Of a stretch of DNA of 64,000 nt, positions 41,125 through 55,147 are shown one piece after another; the stretch's first letter is position 1; each line of letters starts with the position of its first letter. The notes beneath the pieces are model-generated. The model searched no databases, was not told the DNA's origin, and saw nothing but the letters and a program-made list of their open reading frames with translations. Both the position numbers and the translations under genes were made by a program. The stretch comes from Octopus vulgaris (taxonomy: Eukaryota): assembly GCA_951406725.2 (NCBI GenBank), contig OX597828.1, positions 6,510,001 to 6,574,000 of the forward strand, read 5' to 3'.

Positions 41125-41312
41125 ATTAGCACGCCGGATAGTACGCAGAGCAGCATTTTGTCAGTCTTCACGTTCTGAGTTCCAATTTCGCCAAGGCTTA
41201 CTCTACCTTCCCTCCTTTCGGGGTCGATAAAAGAAGTACCAGCAGAGCATTGAGGTCACTGTAACTGCTCCCCTCCCGCAAAATGTCAGATCTTATGCCT
41301 ATTGTAGAAAGA
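41125..41312 (+). mobile_element. SINE family B, head-to-head with the previous copy
   Basis: TTAGCACGCCGG...CGTTCTGAGTTCCAATTTCGCC...CCTTTCGGGGTCGATAAAAGAAGTACC. Confidence 0.8.
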
Positions 41313-41931
41313 ATTATCATTTTTCTCATTCTTATTGCTGCCGTTGTTGTTGTCGTCGTCGTCATCGTCGTTGTTGTTGAAGATGATGATGATGTTCACC
41401 TGCGCAACTTCAAGAAAAAGCAGATTTGAAGTAAAGGAAATCGAAATCGGCTGGTCCTTTTTATCATACGCCCCGAGTCCCGAGACGGTAAAGGCACTGA
41501 TTAAAGGAAGAAAACTGCCAATGACCTTGAAATAGAAAAACCAGAGCAAAATAATGCCATGTAGTTGAAGCAACGCGCGAAAGGGTATCCGCGGCACACA
41601 GAACCTGTTTTATAGCTTTTCGAGTCAGAAAGGAGAAGCTGTTGTAAATATGGTCAGAAAAGAAAATTGCATTACTGACTAAGGAGGAGATTGAGGTATA
41701 GCTGCAACGAACAACAGAATGATAGGCTCAACTCCTAAATCTTATCAGCTACTTAAGATGTGCTACGCATTGGATGTATAAGATTTTGAAATTCGGACAC
41801 AACTGCTGATGTTGATAGACACAGTGGAAGAAGCCATTTAACGCTGACTTAAGATGGTGGTGAGCTGCCCATATTGTTTTGTGCACTAGATGTTTGACCT
41901 GCCACAGGTTTTGCTGGAAGAACGATTATTA

Positions 41932-41979
<48 letters not shown>

Positions 41980-42149
41980 CACACACAAAGGTAATATATA
42001 AATACACGTATACATCATCTTATATATCGTAAACAATTTTCGTGAAACATGTTTGCATTGTAATGGGATTTGTAGCCAATAATGAAAAAAATCATCGTCG
42101 TCGTCGTCGTTATCATCATCATCATCATCGTCGTCGTCATCATTATTGT

Positions 42150-42932
42150 TCAGGCAAGTTTCTATTGCATCATCAGCTACACCTCCGTGTCTGCAGCAAT
42201 TTGTCTTTTTGTTGGTGTTGGAAGAATGCAAACTCTTCCCGGTATTGTATTGAATCAGTTTGTTTTCTTATGGAGTTAGGCATCAGTGGTTTGTTGTATT
42301 AGTGTTTGTACGTCTCTGTGTTGCATGTGTAATGCGAGTTCTGTTTTCTATTGGATACCCAGCCTGTGGAGTATATTTTGCGGAGGTTGTTTGCTTTATT
42401 GTATATTTACGGTATAGAGTGTGTCTTATTTTCATGGATTGTTTTATTCGGGTTTTTCTATTGAATTGAGAGTACATTGCGTGCGATGTGGGCTGTCCCT
42501 AGTAGGGCTATTTTTGGATAAGATGTAGTGTTGACGGTCTAACTATAGCATCTACGTTATTGATATAAGTTTTATTATTATACCCGTTCTCCAATTATTA
42601 CAAGTTTTCTTATCACCTTTATGCTCTCCTTTGTAGATCTTTGTACTTTGTCAGTTTCGTTGCTTTCTTTTGGGCAATATTTAGATCAGAAGGGGCTTCA
42701 AAGACTGCGGGTGTTCTTTTTTCCCATCTTTGATTACTATGTCGGGACGTTTAGCCATTATTTCGTTGTCTGCTTGAATTGGCATATCATTGTAGCATAG
42801 TTCTTGCCATGTAGTTTGTTTGGCTCAAGTTTATACTATTTACTGTTAGTTTTTATATTGTAGAACTGGCATATTAGCAGCACTATAACATAAAAATAGT
42901 TTTATCCAGTGGGTGTAACTATGTATTTGGTA
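42150..42932 (-). mobile_element. R4/Dong-like non-LTR retrotransposon 3' fragment (REL endonuclease)
   Basis: MPIQADNEIMAKRPDIVIKD and terminal KIALLGTAHIARNVLSIQ*; bounded by (ATC)/(ATT)n arrays. Confidence 0.8.
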
Positions 42933-42964
42933 ATTATCATCATTATTATTATTATTATCATTAC

Positions 42965-43039
<75 letters not shown>

Positions 43040-44662
43040 CATTATTAGCATCATCATTATCATCATTATTTTATTTATTGTTGTTGTTGTTTTTGTTTTT
43101 GTTGTTGGTTATCATCATCATCTTCCTCATACAACCAGAGTAGTAGTTATAAAAATACGACTGGCTTGTCTAGTCTATACGTAAACTTGATTATATGAAT
43201 AATGACCTCGCTGTGACCACACGAACACTATTTTTCGTTTTAATGATCACCATTTTACAATTAACGATTGCAGCAATGATTATAGATGAATGAATAGTTT
43301 TCGCAAACTCAGAGCATGAACATATAGTGATATTCACTGTCTCTTTAAGTACTTCTATCTATTATTACTTTAGTGACAGTAGCCTGGCTTTTTAATCAGT
43401 GACCCATTCTTCTCTTGAAAATATCGGAATTCACATTAAACCAGGACATAAGACACATCAGTTTGCTATCTTGTAAGTTGTTGAGCAGATAAACAGATTA
43501 GCTTTCTTATATGAAACACTGTGGGAAATAGATTTCTAATGTACTTTTCTCCCTTGTAATATCAAACCACAAGTGTCTCCTCGAAATGTCAATCTAATGA
43601 CGTCTCCTTTTATTTATTTAATATAAACAAATTTCTGCATTTTGATTATTGGTCTTTTTAACTTGAAATATCTCGATAGAATAGGATGTGACAGGAGGGT
43701 TTGTAGTTGGAAATCAAGCAAATTAATTCTAGTCCTTTTGCCTAAGTTAAAGGATATAACTATAATTCGTTGAACGCTTGACAATCTAATATAATATATG
43801 CAGAGAATAACGAAAGTCTACTTGTGTTATTGAAGTTTCTCGCTGTGAACAGGATATTATTATATTTAGACAATTCTATAGAAATTCATTGTATATATAT
43901 ATGTTAGTGTATGTATGCAACTGTGTCGAGCATACGTATACTTGTGTCTTTATGTGTATCGTATCATGTAAAGCCAATACTGAGGATGGTCTTGCAATAA
44001 AAGAAAATTTATTTTTACCGCTACTTTCTCTTTCTGATCTACTCCAGTCTGGAGATACGCAATACTGTTCGTATTTCGTCTGATCATATAAATGCATATA
44101 TGTGCGTGGCCCATTGCATAATGTGCAAAAATATTTCTGATTGGGTAAGGAGTTCGCTTCTCAATTATGATGTGCTTGGTGTCCCACTGCGTTATAACTT
44201 GGGCAAGACATGTGAGAGGATTTAATAGACATAAACTGAAAGAAACCCGTCAATGGGAGCACATTGTTGACAATTCCCATTAGAATGAAACTGTGCAGTC
44301 CTCTGTTCTGGCTTCTCTTCGCTCATGAGGCAATTATCTATTCTATCAGTATATATAAATTTGCTTTTATGCAGCTATAAGCGATTTATTTTTAGCAATC
44401 TATGTGCTCGTGGTACGTACAGGCTCTATTGGTGACGACTAAATTTTGCCCATACGTTGTAAATTGCACCCAAATGCCCACTTTAACTATATACCACTGT
44501 CTTGTGTTGTGGTTAGAAGGACAAGAAATGCTAGTACAATATAAACCCGCTTACGTTAACCATAATGATCGGTTACAAAAGTTATTTGAAAAATCTGAGC
44601 ATTCATCTCTGAATCACGCACATACACATACACATACACACACATACACACATACACACACG

Positions 44663-44693
<31 letters not shown>

Positions 44694-44720
44694 GTGTGTG
44701 TGAGGGGGTAAACATTTTTG

Positions 44721-45026
44721 AGAATAAGATTAAAAAAACCTGGGCAGTGAAGATTTTAGAACATTTATAAATAGAAAGTATTACAGCTGTTTCCATATTT
44801 ATTATATCTCTTCATCAGATACTATGAGAGGAAATGGTTAAGAAATAGTTAATTTAGATAAGATACTCTCTATTTCGTATCTTATCTAAATTAACTTTTG
44901 CTTAACCATTTTCTCACACCGTCTCTGATGAAGGAACATAATAAATACCCTGGAAACAGCTGTAAAACATTCTATTTATAAATGTGCTAAACTCTTCACG
45001 GCCTTGGGTTTTTTTAATCTCATTCT
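44721..45026. repeat. ~300-bp imperfect palindrome of two inverted HHR-bearing Penelope-type ends
   Basis: Arms meet at TTAATTTAGATAAGATAC..GTATCTTATCTAAATTAA. Each arm has CTGATGAAG...GAAACAGCTGTA (plus 44921-44968; minus 44778-44822). Confidence 0.85.
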
Positions 45027-45225
45027 GATATAAATGTATATATACACATGCTGATATACGACCTACGTTGGACTCCTTATTCGCACAATCACCGAACCCG
45101 GAGTTTAACTATGGTCTATCCATAGCACTTACTCAGCATTACCTCACACCTTTGGGTCTTACTGACACCATTACCTCTTATAATCTCTCTCTTCCTCTCT
45201 CCCTCTCCCTCTCTCCCTCTCTCCT

Positions 45226-45291
<66 letters not shown>

Positions 45292-45351
45292 AATATTTGT
45301 TGTGCAAGATTTTTTATTGGCTAAACTGGCAATATGACCATTCCGAAATAT

Positions 45352-45385
<34 letters not shown>

Positions 45386-46234
45386 CAAATGATAAGAAGA
45401 TGTTCGCCAAACTCACTTTACGGCTTGATCGTCGGGAAACTCGGATTTTCTGCATGTGAAGAATTCTGACTTTGGCCTGGAACCCGACGGTGTTGATAGC
45501 CCAGATTTCTGGCCGAGTGCTTCTCTAGAAATAATCTAAATTTACACCTTATCAGGACCTTAGACTTTTATGATATGTGTATATATAGGGTGACAGGTAA
45601 ACTCACATTCACAGAAATACATTATCACACACATTCGCTCACGCTGACGCATGGACATACACACACACACACATACATACATACACACACACATTCGTGA
45701 TATAAACATAAAGAGGAAGGCGATGATATTTCTTTGCAAGCCAGTGATTCCTGCTTCTTTTGTTACGTGCAACGCCGTATGCTTCGGAGCGAGTATGTAT
45801 GCAAGTGTAAGAATGAATGTATGTGTCTATATATCCAACTATATCTAAATACACTCATACTCACACACACACACATGCACACACACACACCCAAACACTA
45901 CCACACGTATATACACACATACAAAAGCATACGTACATACATATAAACATACACATAAACAGACATATATATATATATATGAAACTTATACATATGCATG
46001 TGTTTGTGTATGTGTGTATGTGTGTGTATGTATATGTGAGCACACGTGTGTGCTTGTGTGCCAGTAAATGCTTACGGTTTCGTGTGACTTTAGAGACAAT
46101 GTTATTAAGCTATAAAGTTATTAATAGCGCAGCTGTTAATTAGATTTTATTCTTATTAGCAACGATAGCACTTTATATTTCTCTTCATCTTTTATCACAG
46201 CTAACAGTATTTTATTATAGACGTGGGTGCGCCC

Positions 46235-46280
<46 letters not shown>

Positions 46281-46399
46281 ACTTATATGCATGTGTGTGT
46301 AAGTATAACCATGTGTACATAAATATAAACATATATATGCATATATGCAAATATGTGTGTGCGTGCGTATGAACCTATGTGTGTGTACATGTATGTATG

Positions 46400-46547
<148 letters not shown>

Positions 46548-47343
46548 CGACAGAGAAAGATTAATATAAGTTCGTCCGCGTATAGATAGATACGCTTCTG
46601 CATGTGTTTTCGTGTGTCTGAATGTATGTCTGTTTGTGTATGCGAAGAAGTATGTCTATAAATCCGGAAATATATTATATAAACGAGAGATAAGGAGAAA
46701 ATGAGAAAAAAGTGACTGTATTGATGTTTATCAATCAAATCTGTAATGAAATTAGCAGCTAACCGCTCTTGTAAATCCAGTTAGTTGTTTATATATTAAG
46801 CTTTATTCTCAAAGACCAAGGAAGCATTCTGTTTCTTCACTTTCATCTACATATCTCTCTCCCTCTCTCACACTTTCTCTCGCTCTTCCTCTCCCTCTCT
46901 TTCTCTTCTTTTCTTTCTCTTTCTCTCTGCATAATACATCTCAGATAATTCAGTCTCTAGAATTGTTACATCAAATGACGTGCTGCGTGGCAATCAGTTG
47001 TGCCGTACGATCAAATCATGCCAACGTCGACAACAACTCATTTCTTTTTCTGTGGTTAATAAGTAAATATCTCTGAAACACTAAACAAGTACTGGGGCTG
47101 ATTAAAATAATTGTTCCCTGCTCCAAGACGTAGATATTATTATTTCTAAGGCAGCGCGCTGGCAGTATCTTGCTTTTCATCCTTTCGGTATCTTTGCTGT
47201 TTATCCTTTCAGGGTCGATGAAATAATTACCAGTAAAGCACTGAGATCAATGTAATCGACTAGTCCCTTCCCAAAAAATTTCAGGTCTTGTGCATTTAGT
47301 AGAAAGGATTACTATTTTTTTGTTTTTGTTGTTGTTGTTGTTG

Positions 47344-47399
<56 letters not shown>

Positions 47400-47400
47400 G

Positions 47401-48012
<612 letters not shown>

Positions 48013-48189
48013 AACTTAGGAAAGAGAAACGTACTGTATACATTGGTAGGCCTTTAAAACAAACGCACCAGAATGCTCATTTACAGTGCCATGTGATAGA
48101 AAAGAAGAGGAAGACAGAGAGAAAAAAAGAAATTAAAAATAGAGAAGTAAACAAATAAAACAAAGGGAGGGAAAAATTAAAGAAAATTA

Positions 48190-48605
48190 TCAGCGACAAT
48201 GCTCTTCTCTATACGCGTGACGTATCAGTTAAGTCAATCTTTTGCACTTCCGGCATGGATGGTGAGCATGAGATCATTCTTGAATAATTTTCAGTTCCAT
48301 TTTTGATCAATCAACGTGCTCCTACAATCACTGGTATTGTTTAGCAATTATTCTTATTACTTTGTTGGGTTTATTAACTTTCCATTTGCTTTCCCTTGTA
48401 AACCGTCTTGAGATGCCGCATCTTTCCGATTTCGATTAGCAGATCTTTATATTTTCTGAGCTTATCAATTTACCGAGATATCATGGTGACATGGTATGCT
48501 CATGTCAATTAATAAACAATTAATAAACTTATTGCTTTTGTCTTTCACACGAATATCTGGTTTATTTGCCTTGATGGTCCCATCTGTACATACTGAGAAT
48601 TCCCG
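48190..48605 (-). mobile_element. R4/Dong-like LINE REL fragment
   Basis: IKANKPDIRVKDK..CLLIDMSIP..KLRKYKDLLIEIGKM..TIPVIVGA..EVQKI; abuts (ATT)n at 48607. Confidence 0.85.
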
Positions 48606-48606
48606 A

Positions 48607-48722
<116 letters not shown>

Positions 48723-49633
48723 CATCATCATCATCATTATTATCATCATCATCATTATTATCATCATCATCATCATCATCATTTCATCATCATCATCATC
48801 ATTATTATCATCTAGTTCTATAATTTTCTTCTTTAATGAGAAACAATTCATGTTTACGATTGCTGCCATTAACTTCTTAACTGTTTCTCTCATGCGACAT
48901 CTGTACATATTTCTGGACGGTATCTACGCGATCAGCTTCTAGTATCAGCATTTTTCTGTTGGTAACGTGCAAATCCTAAACTTGTCCGTGTAGCCAGCCA
49001 TCTTGAATATCCGAAATGTTTCAAAATTTTTATCTGCTAATCTCAGGAAAATTTAAATACAGCATGAATTACGCTTTCGAAAACATATATTCTTTATCTG
49101 TTTGACACTTGACAACTTTTGAGCAATATTCAGCTGTTTTTGTACACAAAACTTCATTTAAAATTCCCATGCGATCTCAACATGGACCTAAAGTATCATT
49201 CCAATATACTGCTAACGCAAAGTTTTAGAATAATCTTAAGAATCATTTGAAGAAGTATTGTTACTTGGTATGTGTAAGGGCATCAAAAAGCCCCAAATTC
49301 AAAAATGCCTTCACTGCTACACACGACTAGAACCATCGATCCATCGTTCTGACATTATTATCAAGGCTTCATTCCCTTCCTCAAAACCTGGTTCGACTTC
49401 GTGAGACGTAAATACTGTGTTTAGGAGAGACGCGAGTGTATGTGTGATGCGGAAACACATTTGTCACTGTTAAACTAAAGGGTATACGTTATACAACGAG
49501 AGTAGAAGTTATAAAGATACGACCGGGTGGTCCAGTCTGCACACAAACTTGACCTTGCTCGAAGGTAACACTGCTATGGCAGGGGAATTCCTATATAGCC
49601 TTGTGATCTAGTTGAAATCATTCATGTAAAAAT

Positions 49634-49776
49634 ACTTGGTATTGGTTTTAGTTCCCTAACGAAAAGGAGTATTTTGGCATTACGCCTCACCATGGTTGTG
49701 ATTTTCTGTTGTCATCCGGGGTTTGCCTTTCGTAGATTTTGAGGGTGAGTATATTTCCTTCCTCTGCACTTCTTTT
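49634..49776 (+). repeat. Left arm of a ~143-bp inverted repeat pair
   Basis: Reverse complement of 52364-52507, roughly 90% identical by eye. Confidence 0.9.
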
Positions 49777-52162
49777 CTGATGTTTTTTTTTTTCATTTTG
49801 TTGATTGTAACCAATCCTTGCTAACGACATTGAAATTGCGAAGTATTTGCTGTTGTTTTCATTGCCCTTGTAGGGGTGGGATGTTGATACTTTTACTGCT
49901 TTTGTTGTTCTCTAAGTTGTTGACGTAATGAGGAGTTTATTACTCTTTATGTTGTAATTTTGTTGCGTTTTCTTTTTTTTTTTTTTTTTGCATTTCCCGT
50001 TTTTGTTGTTTTCCGTATAGCAGATCGGTATTACTCACACTTTGACTTTAGGATTGCCAAAATTTCTGTTTTGAGAATGTTTCATCTGTTCATCTCTATC
50101 AAAGGGGAATTTACAGATTCAGCTTCATCGCTAAACAAGGTGCTTGATGAGGACAAAAGGCAACTGAATTCTCATAAAATTTCATTCGTGTGTGTGTGGG
50201 CGTATATTTGTGTTTTGTGCTTTAGTATGTATGTGTTTGCGTGTATGTGTATGTGCATGTGTGTGTGCGTATGTGTGTATGTGTGTGTCCGTGTGTGCGT
50301 GTGCGTATGTGTGTGTGTGTATGTGTGCGTGTATGTGTGTGCGTTCGTGAGGTTATTCTGCGGAGAGATTTTGTTGAAAATGGAATTGAAATTGTGTTTT
50401 CACAAGATTGTTTTCGCTATTTTGTAGCTCCTGTTGTTGTTTCTATTAAATTTTGTTGCATTGTCATTGATGTCGATAGCTGTGTTGCATTGTTTTGTTA
50501 CTGCTCCGCTATGAGGGATCAGAAAGAATTGGGATCATTAGTCCCACAACAATTGAAGCGCTTTGGGATTCTGCCATCAACTACGGCCATCGTAGCTTAA
50601 ACATCGTTAATATGGAGCTGGATTGTAAATTTTACCATATTCATGCGAATTTCTAACGAAGTTTCCTGGCATTTCTCAAGAATAGAAAATCAGCAGCCGA
50701 TTATACCAGTGCCATTAAAATCTACTGCACCAAGTTCACATTAGGAATCGTCGATTTGGCAGAGTGGTGGAGCATATAAGTAGGAGATAAGACAAATTGT
50801 TTGTACTCCATGACCTAAAGCTGTCGTCACTTCTTTACATCGGTACGTTGTTTCTTCTAATGTACTAGTTGTACTCCCAGACATTTTGTTTCTTTAGATT
50901 CAACCAAAAAGTGAGAGGAAAACCTGTGATAGGCTGGCATCTTAGCTTGGGGAAGAGATAGATATATTTCATCATCATTAACAAATCAAGTGTAGAAAAG
51001 TCTCCATCATACCATGACACCTTCTGGTAATGACGCAAACAAAAAATGTTTTAAAATGATGAAATTCAATAAAAAAAAATGGAAAACAAAATTGAAGAAA
51101 TTTTTTTTAAATATTCTAAGCGCCGAAATTTCCTCTCGCTCATATCTTATAACTTCCTATTTCCTTTCCAATATAAGCCCTCAAAGAATTATGCTTCGCC
51201 ATGAAGAAATAAAATAAAACTTTTATTTTTGTATTTTTTTTTCTTTTTAAATTCCTTGAAAAAAATCTTTAAATATTTTACTGAATTTCAATATTTCTTT
51301 ATTACTGGATTTATTTTTTCTTAATTCACATGAAATTTGATGATATCGGTGAGAAGGTAAATCTTTGACCTAAATTGCACATATATAACGCCAACACAGA
51401 TAGAATCAATAATCTTAAGACGTAAAAGACAAGAGAAAAAAAATACATAATCGGAATTTCACGTATTTATACATTTTTTTTTTCAACAAATTTGCTTTAA
51501 TTTTTTTCTACAAATTTGCTTTGATTTGTTTTATTTCTTTCTTAGTATTTTTTTTTATTATACAAAAGGAATTGCTTGAAAATTTTTCTAGTAATGAAAA
51601 CATTGGTTTTAGATATGAACAGGAAAAAAAAATAATTATCAAATTGAAAATTAAGTAATACATGAACATGAGATGAAAGCAAATTTATAATGTAGTTGTA
51701 TTTTATCTTGTTTTCTTCTTTATTTTATTTATTATTTTTCATACTTTTTTTTTTAATTATTTCCATTTTATTGTTAATTTCATTTTTTTTCTTTGAAGAA
51801 TTCATCAAAATGAAAGTTTGTATTTTGGTTTGCTTTGTTGTTGTTTTTTCTCTTCTTTTTTAAATAAATATGAGATAAAGCACTACATATCTAATTAAAT
51901 GTAAGCAGTCCAATACTGATTACTTATATATAAACGAATCTGCAGTTATTTAGGAGATGTAAATGAGAAGTTGTTATAACTTTAATCAACAAAAGCCTCT
52001 ACGTGGTCACATTGCCTGCTGGAAAAAGTAGCCAGATTTGCTCAAGTTATGCTCTATCGACTTAAAGAAACGGACCCATAAGTGATTTTGATCTTCGATA
52101 CAATATACCTGAAAGTAAAAGCAAGAACTGAATAGTCACGACAAGAAAGCAGTTTGATCGCA

Positions 52163-52361
52163 GTTACCTCTATTTCTAGGTCTTTGTATTTTGAAAGTTT
52201 CTCCATTTCTTTTAGAGAAACGTTGTCATCTGCTGGCATTGATACATCAATTAGAAAGCATTTTTTTCTTCCTGATCTCTGACAACTATAACTGGCCAAT
52301 TGGCCATAATTTCTCTGTCTGTGTGTATTGACACATCCCAGAGTATGGTTGCTTTCTCATT
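52163..52361 (-). mobile_element. R4/Dong-like LINE REL fragment
   Basis: NEKATILWDVSIHTDREIMAN..IVVRD..KKCFLIDVSMPADDNVSLKEMEKLSKYKDLEIEV. Confidence 0.88.
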
Positions 52362-52363
52362 AC

Positions 52364-52507
52364 AAAAGAAGTGGAGAGGATGGAAATATAATCACACCCC
52401 AAAATCTACGAAAGACAAACTCCGGATGACAGCAGAAAATCACAACCATTGTGAGGCGTAATACCAAAATACTCCTTTTCGTTGGGGAACTAAAACCAAT
52501 ACCAAGT
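52364..52507 (-). repeat. Right arm of the ~143-bp inverted repeat pair
   Basis: Reverse complement of 49634-49776. Confidence 0.9.
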
Positions 52508-53165
52508 GAGACTAAATATCAACGGCAAGAACAATGATAACAATGTGCAATAAAGTTGTATTATTTACTTTTAGTTGGTCTTTGGTCTGTAAGTGTTATT
52601 TCCTATTTGCTTCTATCTAGAAACAAAGGAAATTACTACTATTCCTGTCAAACTTAGCTTTCGTGACCTGGACTCAAGGACAAAAATCTTGTTACGCATG
52701 CGCAGCAACATTAGCGATGACAGTAAAGTGAAATCAATTTGAACGACAAATGGAAAGCGTCCCACAGCCTCCTTTATTACACAGCGCTTCTATCTAGGAA
52801 AATAATTGCTTTAAAATGTATCAATGAAATCTGAGATTCATAAGAGATAATAAATTAAATATAAAATTCTCCTTGATATGTTCCCAACGGCTTTCTGAGA
52901 TTGTTATTATTCATGTAATTATTGTTAACGTTAGTAGTGTCTCCAGAGACTGAAACTTTAAATTCCTTTCCAAAATTTGCTTGCAATAACATTTGTTAAT
53001 ACCACTTTGTAGATGGTCTCTTGTGTAGCTTGAGATTATTTGAGTTATTTGCAGTTCCACTGGAATTTGCTGCTGAGAAATCCGATGTCAACATTGGGAA
53101 CACAGATAGGGAGGATAAATCTCATGATGATCTAACATTATCATTATTATTATTATTATTATTAC

Positions 53166-53234
<69 letters not shown>

Positions 53235-53257
53235 CATCATTATTATTATTATTACTA

Positions 53258-53288
<31 letters not shown>

Positions 53289-53308
53289 TATTATTATTAT
53301 TATTATTA

Positions 53309-53346
<38 letters not shown>

Positions 53347-53348
<2 letters not shown>

Positions 53349-53530
53349 AGCGGTTAGCTGGCAGAATAGTAGGCACGCTGGGCAAAATACTTGGCGGCAT
53401 TTCTTCCATCCACACGTACTGACTTCAAATTCCATCGAGGTAGACTTTCAACATTTCGGGATCGATAAAATAAAGTAGCGGTTGAGTGCTAGAGTCAACT
53501 GAAATTACTGGCATTGTGCCAAGATTAGTA
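53347..53530 (+). mobile_element. SINE family B after (ATT)n
   Basis: AGCTGGCAGAATAGTAGGCACGCTGGGC...TTCAAATTCC...TCGATAAAATAAAGTA. Confidence 0.75.
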
Positions 53531-53555
53531 ACGAGTTACTGTTGTCGTTTTTCTT

Positions 53556-53591
<36 letters not shown>

Positions 53592-53677
53592 CTTCTTCTT
53601 CTTCTTCTTCTTCTTCTTCTTCTTCTTCTTCTTCTTCTTGGTGTTGTGAGTTACAGTTATTATAATTATCATTTTGA

Positions 53678-53875
53678 AGGCAGCGAGCTGGTAGAATCGT
53701 TAGCACACTGGACGAAATGTTTAGCGGCATTTCGCCCGACGCTATGTTCTGAGTTCAAATTCCGCCGCGGTCGACTTTGCCTTTCATCCCTTCGGGGTCG
53801 GTAACTAGCTAAATACAGGGGCCGATATAATCGATTCAACCCCGCCTCCCCCAATCTACTTTTGTGGTAGAAATT
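53678..53875 (+). mobile_element. SINE family B
   Basis: GGCAGCGAGCTGGTAGAATCGTTAGCAC...GAGTTCAAATTCCGCC..GTCGACTTTGCCTTTCATCCCTTCGGGGTCG. Confidence 0.85.
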
Positions 53876-54939
53876 TAAAATAATTATAATTATCATTTTC
53901 TATGAACAAAATATGATGGCGGGCCCCTTCTTCATAGTAGTAAGAACGCTGTGTATTAATATATGGATCATAATTTTTCAGTTCCGAATTTATTGAGAGA
54001 AAATGCAAGTCAGCCGTTTCCTTCCAAACAATCAATCATAACGAATTTAAGCAAAACGGCTACAGAAAGCAGTAATCACTAATATCTCATATGTAATCCT
54101 GTTACTCACGATCTCTAATTGTTTCTTTCCACCTCTTTCTCTCTCTCTCAGACACTCTCTCTCACTCCATCTCTCACTCACTGTTTATATCTCTCTACAG
54201 TCAATTCCATTCACCAAAATCCCCACTGACTGACTTTGTAAATCTCCTCTCTCATAAACATCCCTTTCTTACATGTAATCCAAAATGAACATAAACCACA
54301 TCGCATTTACCAGCCTGAAGAGAAGAGCAACGCCGTTCTTCTGGATGAGAAATGGTTGAGAAAGATAATGCTTGGCACCAGTCGTTGAAGGCAATGCTGT
54401 CGGAAAGTAAACATATGGACCCAGATAATACAAAACATCTCGAATGAAAATCTAACACTTCTAGCAATCCCACCGCCTCCATTGTTATTTTGCAAACAGA
54501 CTCCCCACACATGGAGAATACACAAATATACTCACACACACTCACATACATATATACATAAATATATATATACATATTCACCTATTAACCTGCACTTTTA
54601 AATGCATATATGTATTGTAAGTACAGATATATTAGATATGTAAATATTATGCATATAGGCGTGTATATATTTATGCGTATACACACACCCAAACACACAC
54701 ACACGCACGCACACAACAACACACACATATAGACACGCACACGTATATAAATCCATACAGGAACTCGTATACACACACATACAAATGCATATGTGTATAT
54801 GTGTGTGCGTGTGAGAGTAAATATCATCGACAAAATTTCGCAGCCACCTAGCGACTGACACTAAATGCAGAAATAAGCTGACAACGAGTAAATGAACAAA
54901 AGAAAACACAAGAGGATTTTACCTCCATCAACAATCCTT

Positions 54940-55147
54940 CCTATTATAGGTACAAGGCCTGCAATGTTTGCGTTGTGGGCTTGTTAATTTCACCGACCCC
55001 ATTGCTCAACCGGTACCTACTTTATCGAGCCTGGAGGAATAAAAGGCAAGGTGGACCTCAGCGGAATTTGAAATCAGTTCGTAAAGGCGGAGGAACTGCC
55101 GCTAAGCATTTTTTTATCGCAGTGCTAACCAATCTGCCAGCTCGCCA
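54940..55147 (-). mobile_element. SINE family B
   Basis: Reverse complement begins GGCGAGCTGGCAGATTGGTTAGCAC; TTCAAATTCCGCTGAGGTCCACCTTGCCTTT. Confidence 0.8.

Noticed and set aside
41395-41850. Possible decayed RTE reverse-transcriptase C-terminus (EIGWSF..KLPMTLK)
   Set aside because: Similarity too weak to call without a search.
48269-48292. TGAGATCATT, resembling the bantam miRNA 5' end
   Set aside because: Lies within a LINE coding remnant and has no precursor hairpin.
50695-50716. Minus-strand AATGGCACTGGTA, resembling the miR-183/263 family 5' end
   Set aside because: The 3' half diverges and there is no convincing star arm; at most a plus-strand target site, and chance is plausible.
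54250-54530. Minus-strand CAGAAGA..CTGGTAAA, a hammerhead-like remnant
   Set aside because: Both core segments are mutated; not counted as a ribozyme.
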